From: an uncultured Clostridia bacterium
Lineage (GTDB): Bacteria; Bacillota; Clostridia; Christensenellales; Aristaeellaceae
Assembly: GCA_934647235.1 (NCBI GenBank)
Contig: CAKUFG010000010.1
Location: 30,961 to 62,960, forward strand
Reading direction: 5' to 3'
Length of the DNA: 32,000 nt
The notes below the pieces were generated by a model that was not told the origin of the DNA, searched no databases, and saw nothing but the letters and a program-made list of their open reading frames with translations. This document shows positions 1 to 8,088 of the stretch, piece by piece; the first letter of the stretch is position 1, and each line of letters begins with the position of its first letter. The position numbers and the translations under genes were made by a program.

Positions 1-1145
1 TAGCGCTGCGCGTTCTGCGCGGGCGACAGGCGCACGTCCAGGGGAATATCCAGCGTGCCGCCGGTGTAATAATCGGGCAGCGTTACCTGCTGCGCGCCGC
101 GCGGCACCAGATGCAGCTGCGCGGTGAGCAATTCGCCCATCACTCGGTAATCCTCCATCCTGTCGGCGTTGAGCAGCTCTTCCTCCTGCAGGGCCAGCTT
201 TTTCTCGCACCGTTCCAGATGCGTTTTGACCAGCCTGCGCAGGCTGGCGGAGCGCTGCTGCACGCGGTCGCGGCGGTCGCGGCCGTCGTAGTATTCCTCC
301 AGCGCGGCGGACAGGCTGCCTGCCGCCCGCTGACGATCTGCCGGATAGGACAGGTACAGGAAGGGAAACACATCGGCGGGCAGACCGTTTTCATCCAGCA
401 GCAGCATCGGCGGGCCCATCTGGGGCAGGCGCGATAGGAAGCCGCTCAGCCGCGCGCAAAGCTCAGGCATCTGAACGGAGGCAAGCTCGGCCTGCTCCGC
501 GCCCGTCAGGCGGAAGCTGAGCTCGCGCGCCGCGATGGCGGACAAACCCGATATGCACCCGGACAATGCCTTATCCAGCCGCCCGGTGCAGCCGGACAGG
601 CGCGCCAAGAGCGCCGCTTCCGCTGCGCATTCGGGCGGCAGCTTATCCTGCGCGGGCGGCAGGGTAAAGGGGAGGCCGGGCAGCGCCTGGCGCACGCGGC
701 TCATATCGTCGGTCACGTGGCGGATCGCGTCGATAATGCGCCCGTCCCGCACCAGCGTCAGGTTGCTGTGCCTGCCCATGGCTTCCAGATACATCTCATA
801 CGGATGCATCACGCCCAGCTCGTCCTGGGCCTCAAAGCGCAGCAGCAGCACGCGGTCGCCGTTTAGCTGGGAGATTTCCATCAGCCGGCCGCCGGAGAGA
901 TGCTTGCGCATCAGCATGCAGAACATCGGCGCGTCGATGGGATTGATAAATTGCCCCTTTGTCAGATGCGCGCGCGCAAAGCTGGGGCTGGCGGAAAGAA
1001 TCAGCTTATAATTCTGGCCGTTATTGCGCAGCGCCAGCAGCAGCATATCCTTTTCCGGCTGCGTCACGCGCTCCACGCGCGCGCCGGCCAGCGTCTGCTG
1101 CAGCTCGCGCGCAATAAAACCAAGCGTCAGGCCATCCAATGGCAT
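1..1145 (-). CDS. rqcH: RqcH/FbpA-type NFACT ribosome-quality-control protein. N-terminal ~381 codons only; the 3' end lies beyond the left edge.
   Basis: Absent from the ORF track because it runs off the window. The reverse-strand ATG is at 1145-1143. Hand translation gives MPLDGLTLGFIARELQQTLAGARVERVTQPEKDMLLLALRNNGQNYKLILSASPSFARAHLT... The frame was checked open at both ends; it reads ...LPDYYTGGTLDIPLDVRLSPAQNAQR at bases 3-80. This is the typical NFACT-N / fibronectin-binding-protein-A pattern. Confidence 0.8.
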   Translation of the reverse strand, partial: MPLDGLTLGFIARELQQTLAGARVERVTQPEKDMLLLALRNNGQNYKLILSASPSFARAHLTKGQFINPIDAPMFCMLMRKHLSGGRLMEISQLNGDRVLLLRFEAQDELGVMHPYEMYLEAMGRHSNLTLVRDGRIIDAIRHVTDDMSRVRQALPGLPFTLPPAQDKLPPECAAEAALLARLSGCTGRLDKALSGCISGLSAIAARELSFRLTGAEQAELASVQMPELCARLSGFLSRLPQMGPPMLLLDENGLPADVFPFLYLSYPADRQRAAGSLSAALEEYYDGRDRRDRVQQRSASLRRLVKTHLERCEKKLALQEEELLNADRMEDYRVMGELLTAQLHLVPRGAQQVTLPDYYTGGTLDIPLDVRLSPAQNAQR

Positions 1146-1185
1146 AAAGCATCACCCATAGCAATCATAGCACAAAAATCTGGCG

Positions 1186-1193
1186 CATACAAT
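1186..1193 (+). promoter_or_regulatory. Candidate mother-cell (sigma-E-type) -10 element CATACAAT upstream of the gerM-like gene
   Basis: Exact match to the B. subtilis sigma-E -10 consensus CATACAnT, about 33 nt upstream of the GTG at 1226. The -35 is poor: the nearest ATA is at 1164-1166, 19 nt upstream rather than about 16-17. Confidence 0.35.
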
Positions 1194-1225
1194 GCCCTAC
1201 AAGCATGAGACAAGGGGTGAAACAG

Positions 1226-2275
1226 GTGAAACTGAAATGGAAAATCACGCGGGCGGATGTGGAGAGAATGCTGATCCTGGTATCGGCGGCGCTGGTGGTG
1301 GCGCTGGCGCTGCGCGGGGACGAAACGGCCATGAGCCGCTATGAGCAGGGACAGCTGTCGCAGAACGCCGCGGTGAACGTGACCGAAACCGCGGCGCAGA
1401 GCGCGCAGGATATGCAGAGCGTTACCGTCTATTATCAGGATGGCGAGGGGTATCTGGTGCCCGTTACCACGCGCGTGGCCAAGACCGACGGCATTGCCAA
1501 GGCGGCCCTGAGCCGTTTGGTGCAAAGCCCGGAGAACGATCTGGCCGCAGCCAGGATGGGCCTGAAAACCGTGGTGCCCGAGGGCACGACCTTTGATCTT
1601 GACATCGCGGACGGCCGCGCCCGGGTGGATCTGGGCAAGGCGGCGCTATCCTGCGGCAGCGCCGAGGCCGAAAGCCTGATGGTAGGCGCAGTGGCGCAGA
1701 CGCTGACGGCCTTTTCAAGCGTCAAGGAGGTTACGTTCCTGTTTGACGGCCAGGCGCGCTCCAGGCTGACGCATGGCACCAATGTTTCGGGCGTGTTTAC
1801 CGACAAGGATCTGAACATGGAAACCGTGGCCACCTTCGATGCGGGCGACAAGAGCGCCAGCCTGCTGCGGCTGTACTTCCCCTCTGCGACGGGGCGCATG
1901 CTGGTGCCCGTTACGCGCGTGGTATATTCGGATGCAGATATCACCACCGCCATGGTGGAATTGTGCCACGGCCCCAAGGCGGATAGCGGCCTGGAGCGCG
2001 CCATGCCCGAGGGCTGCGCGGTAAAAAACGTATCGATGAAAAACGGCGTGGTGACGATTAACCTGACCAAGGAGTTTGCGCCCGAGAATGGGCAGGATCA
2101 GGTGCAGATGCTGCGCGCCATCGTATACACCGCCTCGCAGTTCCCCGGCGTAAAGGAGGTAAAGCTGCAGGTGGAGGGCGCTCCCTACGAGCTGCCCGAG
2201 GAGGCGCGCCGCACGGCGATCAATCTGGATACCGAGGTGATGAGCTATTATCCCGGCGTAATCGAGATCGATTGA
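1226..2275 (+). CDS. gerM: GerM-domain sporulation/germination protein (two GerM-like repeats, N-terminal membrane anchor)
   Basis: ORF 1205..2275. I prefer the GTG at 1226, which sits 6 nt after the AAGGGGTG Shine-Dalgarno. It has an N-terminal hydrophobic anchor (MLILVSAALVVALAL). Two repeats have GerM-like signatures: VTVYYQDGEGYLVPVTTRV and LLRLYFPSATGRMLVPVTRVV. Confidence 0.7.
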   Translation: MKLKWKITRADVERMLILVSAALVVALALRGDETAMSRYEQGQLSQNAAVNVTETAAQSAQDMQSVTVYYQDGEGYLVPVTTRVAKTDGIAKAALSRLVQSPENDLAAARMGLKTVVPEGTTFDLDIADGRARVDLGKAALSCGSAEAESLMVGAVAQTLTAFSSVKEVTFLFDGQARSRLTHGTNVSGVFTDKDLNMETVATFDAGDKSASLLRLYFPSATGRMLVPVTRVVYSDADITTAMVELCHGPKADSGLERAMPEGCAVKNVSMKNGVVTINLTKEFAPENGQDQVQMLRAIVYTASQFPGVKEVKLQVEGAPYELPEEARRTAINLDTEVMSYYPGVIEID

Positions 2276-2301
2276 AAGCGGCAGATCAGCCTGTAGAAAA
2301 A

Positions 2302-2340
2302 CGGACAGCATGCGGCTTTGGCTGGATGCTGCCCGTTTTT
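2302..2340 (+). terminator. Rho-independent terminator after gerM
   Basis: cggacagcat (2302-2311) pairs with atgctgcccg (2326-2335) at 9 of 10 bp. A TTTTT run follows at 2336-2340. Confidence 0.7.
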
Positions 2341-2363
2341 GTGCAACAGATCGCACAGGATGA

Positions 2364-2393
2364 TTGAAAAGCGGCTTGCTTCTGTGCTATCAT
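2364..2393 (+). promoter_or_regulatory. Sigma-A-type promoter for the Sel1-NUDIX gene
   Basis: TTGAAA (2364-2369), 18-nt spacer, TATCAT (2388-2393), preceded by an extended -10 TGc (2385-2387). Confidence 0.45.
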
Positions 2394-2440
2394 AAGGGGC
2401 ATACTCCGGAGAATGATTGCAGAAGAGGAGCCTTTGAAAT

Positions 2441-3130
2441 ATGCCTGATAAAAACGAAGCATTAGAAGAAATTCACCAGATACGCCGGGCGGCTGATCAG
2501 GGAGACTGCGACGCGCGCTATACCCTTGCTGCGTACTATGAGCATGCCGCCGGCGGACGTCAGGATTTGGAGCAGGCTGCTTATTGGTATCGTCAGGCAG
2601 CGCTGCAAGGTCATAAAGCTGCGATTGAAAAATGCGGCAATATGGACATTGATCTGAATGCGCCCAGGATTGAACGCGAATTGATGCGCAGGGAATTGCA
2701 ATGCAGGATTTTTCCGATTGGTTTTCTTGAACGATACAAATATACGGTAATCTGCGCTGCTTATCAGGGAAAATGGCTCCTTTCAAGGCACAGGCAGCGC
2801 AGCACCTGGGAAACGCAGGGCGGGCATATTGAAGCGGGCGAAACGCCGCTTGCATGCGCAAAGCGCGAGCTTTTTGAGGAAAGCGGCGTCAGGGACGCGG
2901 AGATTTATCCCGTGTGCGACTATTGGGGCTTTGACCGTTATGGATGCTCAAACGGCATGGTTTTTCTTGCCGTCGTTCATGCGCTGGGAGAGCTGCCTGA
3001 AAGCGAAATGAAGGAGATCAGGGCGTTTGATGTCCTGCCTGCGGAGCTTACCTATCCGGAGACTACGCCAAAGCTCTTGACAGAAGCGGCAAAAATGCTG
3101 GAGGCTTTGACTGCCCAAACAGCCAAATAA
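2441..3130 (+). CDS. Sel1-repeat (TPR-like) N-terminal module fused to a NUDIX hydrolase
   Basis: The N-terminus RRAADQGDCDARYTLAAYYEHAAGGRQDLEQAAYWYRQAALQGHKAA fits the Sel1 repeat consensus. The C-terminal half carries the Nudix box GGHIEAGETPLACAKRELFEESGV (GX5EX7REUXEEXGU). A GAGGAG Shine-Dalgarno lies 10 nt upstream. Confidence 0.75.
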   Translation: MPDKNEALEEIHQIRRAADQGDCDARYTLAAYYEHAAGGRQDLEQAAYWYRQAALQGHKAAIEKCGNMDIDLNAPRIERELMRRELQCRIFPIGFLERYKYTVICAAYQGKWLLSRHRQRSTWETQGGHIEAGETPLACAKRELFEESGVRDAEIYPVCDYWGFDRYGCSNGMVFLAVVHALGELPESEMKEIRAFDVLPAELTYPETTPKLLTEAAKMLEALTAQTAK

Positions 3131-3136
3131 AAGCAA

Positions 3137-3168
3137 AACAGGCACGATTGAAATCATGCCTGTTTTTT
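3137..3168. terminator. Bidirectional Rho-independent terminator between convergent genes
   Basis: aacaggca (3137-3144) and tgcctgtt (3157-3164) form a perfect 8-bp stem. An A-run lies upstream and a TTTTTT run downstream. Confidence 0.65.
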
Positions 3169-3181
3169 GTTGGGTGTTCAG

Positions 3182-4324
3182 TTATTTCAGGTATTCCGCC
3201 GGTACGCTCTCGGCCATGCGCTGCGCGCCCTCCAGGCTGGGATGCAGATGGTCGCCGCTGTCGCAGTCCGGGCGGCGCAGGTCGGGATCGGCCGTCTCGC
3301 GCGTGACCGCGTCGAAATCCACCACGCCGTCGGCCTCCGTCTGGGTGCGGATCCAGGCGTTCACCGCATGGCGGATTTCCTCACGCTGGACATTGTAGGT
3401 ATGCCAGCCCTTGATGCTCAGGATGGTGGCCAGGTAGACCTTCAGGCCAAGATCATGGCCGCGCTGCACATAATAGCGCAGGCCGTCGATCAATTCCTGC
3501 GCCGTGGGCAGATCGCTCCACGGGAGGAACAGGCTGCCGTCGGGATGAATCAGATCGTTTACGCCGTGCAGGACGATCACCCGGTCGGCTCCGGCGGAGG
3601 CGGCCTCGCGCTCAAAGCGATCCGCGCCCTTTTGCCCATAATGGCGGATCAGCACATGCTGATAGGAACGCAGCACGCGGCTGCCGCCGATGCCGCGGCG
3701 AATGACTGAAAGGTTTTCGGGGCCGTCGCGCAGCACGCGCAGCATCAGGTAATCGGGCCAGGATTGAGCGGTAATGCTGTCGCCAAAGCACACCAGCGCA
3801 TGGCAATCCTCGCTGCACAGCGCGTCCACGCCCGTAAGGAAATAGAAGATATTCAGCGGCGCGGTGTAAAAGGGATCCAGCTGAGAGCAGGCGGCAAAAT
3901 CGCCCTCGGCAAAGAAGGCGCGGCACAGCGGGCCCGCATCCTTGGTGCCAGAGGCCAGCAGCGTCATATCGCCCAGGTACAGGCTGACGGCGTAATCCTG
4001 CCCGCGCTTGAGCGGCAGCTCGATGATGTCGCTTTCAACGCTCTCGCCTGCGGCCATTCTGCAGGCAAAATCCCCGCCGAAGGTGACGGGCAGCATGCGC
4101 GATTCATCGGTGTCGCTGCCCTGCGTGACGGGGGCAACGTATACGCTGGGGATCACAACGTCCTCGTGCCCGCCCAGATTGCTCAGGTGCAGGCGCAGCT
4201 TTTCGCCGTCCAGCATGGCGCGCAGCACATAGCGCAGCGTGATATCCTTGGCGTAACGCGCCGGGTGCGGCTCGGCAATAGAGGGGGAGGATCCCCAGAT
4301 GGCAACCCACTTTTGTGCGTTCAT
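3182..4324 (-). CDS. SGNH/GDSL-family hydrolase (esterase) with an N-terminal beta-rich domain
   Basis: SGNH block I VCFGDSITA, block III HGVNDL and block V GDHLHPS are all present in the 380-aa ORF. Confidence 0.75.
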   Translation of the reverse strand: MNAQKWVAIWGSSPSIAEPHPARYAKDITLRYVLRAMLDGEKLRLHLSNLGGHEDVVIPSVYVAPVTQGSDTDESRMLPVTFGGDFACRMAAGESVESDIIELPLKRGQDYAVSLYLGDMTLLASGTKDAGPLCRAFFAEGDFAACSQLDPFYTAPLNIFYFLTGVDALCSEDCHALVCFGDSITAQSWPDYLMLRVLRDGPENLSVIRRGIGGSRVLRSYQHVLIRHYGQKGADRFEREAASAGADRVIVLHGVNDLIHPDGSLFLPWSDLPTAQELIDGLRYYVQRGHDLGLKVYLATILSIKGWHTYNVQREEIRHAVNAWIRTQTEADGVVDFDAVTRETADPDLRRPDCDSGDHLHPSLEGAQRMAESVPAEYLK

Positions 4325-4370
4325 GGCAGTTATGAAAGGCTCCTTTCGGCAAACGTTTGATTACCCGGTG

Positions 4371-4399
4371 ATTATAGCATGCCCTGCGGCGGTTGACAA
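4371..4399 (-). promoter_or_regulatory. Sigma-A-type promoter for the SGNH hydrolase gene
   Basis: The minus strand reads TTGTCA (complement of 4394-4399), a 17-nt spacer, then TATAAT (complement of 4371-4376). Confidence 0.5.
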
Positions 4400-4421
4400 G
4401 AAGCGGCGGGGCTGATATGAT
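4393..4421 (+). promoter_or_regulatory. Sigma-A-type promoter for the aldose-epimerase-family gene
   Basis: TTGACA (4393-4398), 17-nt spacer, TATGAT (4416-4421). Confidence 0.5.
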
Positions 4422-4453
4422 GAAAACATCAAAATGTACAGGAGCGCGTTGAC

Positions 4454-5305
4454 ATGGCCATGATTGAAATCAAAAACGAAAGCCTGACCGCTGTGTTTTC
4501 TGCCCATGGGGCCGAGCTGCAGTCCCTGCGCGATCAGAACGGCGTGGAGCGCATCTGGCAGGGCGATCCCGCTTTCTGGACGGGGCATGCGCCGGTGCTG
4601 TTCCCGGTGGCTGGCGCGCTGCGCGGCGACGCCTATACGCTGGACAGCGTGCGCTATACCATGCCCAAGCACGGCTTTTCCAGCGGCATGGACTGGCAGG
4701 TGGAGAAGCAGACGGCGGACAGCGTGACGTTCCTGCTGACGCAGCCGCATCCGGGCTTCCCGTTCCAATATGAATTGCGCGCGCGGTATGTGCTATGCGA
4801 AAATCAGTTGCAGGTAGAATATGCGGTACGCAATCTGGATACGCGGGACTTTTGCTTTTCCCTGGGCGCGCACGAGGCTTACGCCGCGCCGGAGGGCATC
4901 GAGGCCTACGAGTTGGTGTTTGATCAGGCTGAGAGCTTTGACAACAGCCTGCTGGAGGGCTCGCTGATTACGCATCGCACGGTATCGCTTGGACAGCATA
5001 CGCGCGTGTTTCAACTGCGCCGCGCGGACTTTGAAGCGTATGATTCGCTGGTGTTTCTGAACCTTGCCAGCCGGGGCGTTACCCTGCAAAGCCCGCTGCA
5101 TGGGCGCAGAATCCATGTGGCGTATCCGGACTTTGACGTGCTGCTTTTGTGGACGGTGCCGGGCGCAGGGTATATCTGCATAGAGCCTTGGCGCAACGCC
5201 CCGGATTATGCCGACGCGGACGGCGATATCCGCCATAAGCCGGGCATGATCGCCCTGCGCCCCGCCCAGGAGCGCAGCCTGCGCCATACGCTGACGATTG
5301 AATAA
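4454..5305 (+). CDS. Aldose 1-epimerase (galactose mutarotase-like / LacX-type) family protein
   Basis: The 283-aa ORF begins IEIKNESLTAVFSAHGAELQSLRD...IWQGDPAFWTGHAPVLFPVAG and later has CIEPW, typical of the small aldose-epimerase family. CAGGAG Shine-Dalgarno. Confidence 0.7.
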   Translation: MAMIEIKNESLTAVFSAHGAELQSLRDQNGVERIWQGDPAFWTGHAPVLFPVAGALRGDAYTLDSVRYTMPKHGFSSGMDWQVEKQTADSVTFLLTQPHPGFPFQYELRARYVLCENQLQVEYAVRNLDTRDFCFSLGAHEAYAAPEGIEAYELVFDQAESFDNSLLEGSLITHRTVSLGQHTRVFQLRRADFEAYDSLVFLNLASRGVTLQSPLHGRRIHVAYPDFDVLLLWTVPGAGYICIEPWRNAPDYADADGDIRHKPGMIALRPAQERSLRHTLTIE

Positions 5306-5322
5306 TTGTTACATCCCGCGCA

Positions 5323-5352
5323 TTGACAAGGAGCGCGCTGAAAAACTATAAT
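5323..5352 (+). promoter_or_regulatory. Sigma-A-type promoter for capA-like gene
   Basis: TTGACA (5323-5328), 18-nt spacer, TATAAT (5347-5352). Confidence 0.5.
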
Positions 5353-5387
5353 GAGCCGGTACGAATGCGACAAAAGGAGCTGAAACT

Positions 5388-6458
5388 GTGAAAAAAAGCC
5401 TGCTTGCCCGCGCATTGTGCGCGGCTTTATGCCTGATGCTGCTGCCTGCCTGTGCGCTGGGAGAGCAGCTGACGCTTTCCTTTATCGGCGACTGCAGCAT
5501 TGGCGAGGCCATCCAGAACCGCGGCAAGGCCGATACCTATACCACGGTGCTGGATGAAAAGGGCATGGACTGGCCTTTTTCCCTGGTGCGCGAATACCTG
5601 GAGCAGGATGATTTCACCTTCGCCAATCTGGAGGTTGTTTTCACCGAACGCACCCAGCATGCCGATAAGGTGTTTCCGCTGGTGGGCCAGCCCAAATACG
5701 CGCAGGTGCTGCTCAATTCCGGTGTGGATGCGGTCAATACGGTGAACAACCACTGCTTTGACTATTATCTTGAAGGCTATCAGGATACCATGCAGACGCT
5801 GGACGAAATGAGTTTCAGGCACTTTGGCAGCACGTATCTGGACAGCAAAACCCGCAGGCAGGATGTGGTGATGACCGCCGAGGTCAAGGGCGTCAAGATC
5901 GGCGCCATCGGCTTTTCCATCCCGCAGGATAAGGATCTGCCCGCCATGAAGGAGCGCATCGAGCAGCTGCGCGCCGACGGATGCGGCCTGGTGATCGTAT
6001 CCCTGCATTGGGGCAGGGAAACCAAGGCGATCCCTGAAAGCTGGCAGTTCAAGTACGCCCGCAAGGTGATCGATCTGGGCGCGGACGTGCTCTTCGGCCA
6101 TGGCCCGCATGTGCTGCAGCCCGTGCAGTTTTATAATGGCGGCGTGATCCTGTATTCTACGGGCAATTTTACCTTTGGCACCATGTCCTCCAAGGTGGAC
6201 CGGGATACCGGCATTTTCCAGGTGACGTATGATCTGACGGAGGATGGCCAGCCTGCGCTCAGCGCGTTCAGGCTCATTCCCTGCACCACCACGGGCGCGG
6301 GCGATTATCGCCCCTATGAGCTGACCGAGCAGGCCGAGCGCGAGCGGGCGTTCAAAAAGCTGATCTATACCCGCGAAGTAACCAATATGCAGAACCTGCC
6401 CCAAAGCTTTATCCAGACCGGCGAAGTGAAGATTGAAAACGGCATGCCCGTCGAGTAA
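5388..6458 (+). CDS. CapA-family (PGA_cap metallophosphatase-like) exported or lipoprotein
   Basis: GTG start after an AAAGGAG Shine-Dalgarno. The signal peptide ends LLPAC|ALGE. CapA-like motifs are LSFIGD, NNHCFDY, SLHWGRE and GHGPHVLQP. Confidence 0.75.
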   Translation: MKKSLLARALCAALCLMLLPACALGEQLTLSFIGDCSIGEAIQNRGKADTYTTVLDEKGMDWPFSLVREYLEQDDFTFANLEVVFTERTQHADKVFPLVGQPKYAQVLLNSGVDAVNTVNNHCFDYYLEGYQDTMQTLDEMSFRHFGSTYLDSKTRRQDVVMTAEVKGVKIGAIGFSIPQDKDLPAMKERIEQLRADGCGLVIVSLHWGRETKAIPESWQFKYARKVIDLGADVLFGHGPHVLQPVQFYNGGVILYSTGNFTFGTMSSKVDRDTGIFQVTYDLTEDGQPALSAFRLIPCTTTGAGDYRPYELTEQAERERAFKKLIYTREVTNMQNLPQSFIQTGEVKIENGMPVE

Positions 6459-6506
6459 TCGCGTCATGCCTGAACCCGCCCATGCATATCCTTCCGTGAA
6501 GGGGGG

Positions 6507-7193
6507 ATGCGCGTGCGGCGGGCTTTTTTATTGCTTGCTTTTGCGCTGGCGCTTTGGAGCGCTGCGCTTGCGCGCGAGGCGCTGCCTGCGAGCGCCCCCT
6601 CTGCCGCGCCGCAGAAAAAGTGGATACTGATCGAGCTGGATTTGAAACGCCTGACCCTTTATCAGGGCACAACCGTGCTAAAATGCTATCCCATCGCCTC
6701 CGGGGCGTGGAGCACGCCCTCGCCCATCGGCGCGTTTACCGTCGTCGGACGCTTCAAAACGGAGATGTCGGGCTTTGGCACGCGCTTTCTCAGGCTCAAT
6801 GTGCCCTGGGGCGTTTACGGCATTCATGGCACCAACCGGCCTGATTCCATTGGCGCAAACGCTTCGCACGGCTGCATACGTCTGCGCGTGGCCGATGCGG
6901 AAGCGCTGTACGCCATGGTGCCCAACGGTACGCGAGTTTATCTGGAGGGCGGGCCCTATGGGCCGCTGGGCGACAGCCTGCGCACCCTGCGGCCAGGCGA
7001 TCGCGGCAGCCATGTGCGCGAGGTGCAGCTTCGCCTGCGCCAGCAGGGCTTTCTGCATGGATCGGCCGACGGCGTGTACGGAGAGGCCACCAGCCGCGCG
7101 GTGCTGGCGGCGCGAAGAAGCTATCATCTGAGCAATGAGGATATCGTGGACGGCGCGCTGTATACATGTCTGGGCATTCTGCTCTTTGAGTAA
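6507..7193 (+). CDS. L,D-transpeptidase (YkuD domain) with a C-terminal peptidoglycan-binding domain
   Basis: YkuD catalytic motif HGTNRPDSIGANASHGCIRL. C-terminal PG_binding_1-like segment GDRGSHVREVQLRLRQQGFLHGSADGVYGEATSRAV. N-terminal signal peptide. Confidence 0.85.
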   Translation: MRVRRAFLLLAFALALWSAALAREALPASAPSAAPQKKWILIELDLKRLTLYQGTTVLKCYPIASGAWSTPSPIGAFTVVGRFKTEMSGFGTRFLRLNVPWGVYGIHGTNRPDSIGANASHGCIRLRVADAEALYAMVPNGTRVYLEGGPYGPLGDSLRTLRPGDRGSHVREVQLRLRQQGFLHGSADGVYGEATSRAVLAARRSYHLSNEDIVDGALYTCLGILLFE

Positions 7194-7224
7194 TACCCGC
7201 CGCGCGGCGCGCATATGGTAGGGC

Positions 7225-8088
7225 ATGGAGCTGATGAACGCTTTGCCCGCAGCCATCCGGGAAGAATTACGCGGGCTGGATATGAGCCGGGCATGCGATA
7301 TTCGCTTGCTGGCCGGCAGACCCTGCGCGGTAACAACGATGGATGGTGAAATACGGACCCGCGCCTGCGTAAGCCAGCAGGAAATCTACGATGCGGCGCA
7401 GGCGCTGAGCCGCCGGACGCTGCGCATGTCGTCCGCCAGCACGGGCGCGGGCTTTCTGACGCTGCGCGGCGGGCACCGCATGGGACTTTGCGGGCGCGTG
7501 ACCTGCGAGCGGGACGGGCTTGCGCTGCGCGAAATCGGCAGCCTGTGCCTGCGCATTGCGCACGAGGTAAAGGGCTGCGGGGCGGATACGGCGAGGAAGC
7601 TCCGTGGAGGCGGCGCACTGATCGCAGGCCCGCCGGGAAGCGGCAAAACGACGCTGCTGCGCGATATTGTGCGCATTCTTTCGGACGAAGGTACGGCGGT
7701 TGGTCTGTGCGACGAGCGCGGGGAAATCGCCGCCTGCGTGGAGGGGGTGCCGCAGCTGGATGTGGGCGCGCGCACGCATGTGCTGGATGGCTGCGCCAAG
7801 GCGTCCGGGCTTCGCTGGCTGTTGCGGGCCATGTGCCCAGGGCTGCTGGCCATGGATGAGCTGTACGGCGGCGACGAGTGCCTGGCGGTTCGGGAGGCGG
7901 CGGCCTGCGGCGTGCCGGTGCTGACGACGCTGCATGCGGCCACGGCGCGCGAGGTTTGCCTGCGCGCGGGCGTTAAGGGCTTGTTGGTCGACGGCGTTTT
8001 TGAGCAGGTGATTTTTGTGCGGGAGCGGCGCGCCGCGTGCGTCCTTCCCGCTGCGGAGGTATTGAAACAGGGATGCTGCGGGCAATAG
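7225..8088 (+). CDS. spoIIIAA: Stage III sporulation protein AA (secretion-type ATPase)
   Basis: Walker A GPPGSGKTTLLRD. The N-terminus ALPAAIREELRGL...DIRLLAGRP is characteristic. First gene of the colinear spoIIIA operon. Confidence 0.9.
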   Translation: MELMNALPAAIREELRGLDMSRACDIRLLAGRPCAVTTMDGEIRTRACVSQQEIYDAAQALSRRTLRMSSASTGAGFLTLRGGHRMGLCGRVTCERDGLALREIGSLCLRIAHEVKGCGADTARKLRGGGALIAGPPGSGKTTLLRDIVRILSDEGTAVGLCDERGEIAACVEGVPQLDVGARTHVLDGCAKASGLRWLLRAMCPGLLAMDELYGGDECLAVREAAACGVPVLTTLHAATAREVCLRAGVKGLLVDGVFEQVIFVRERRAACVLPAAEVLKQGCCGQ

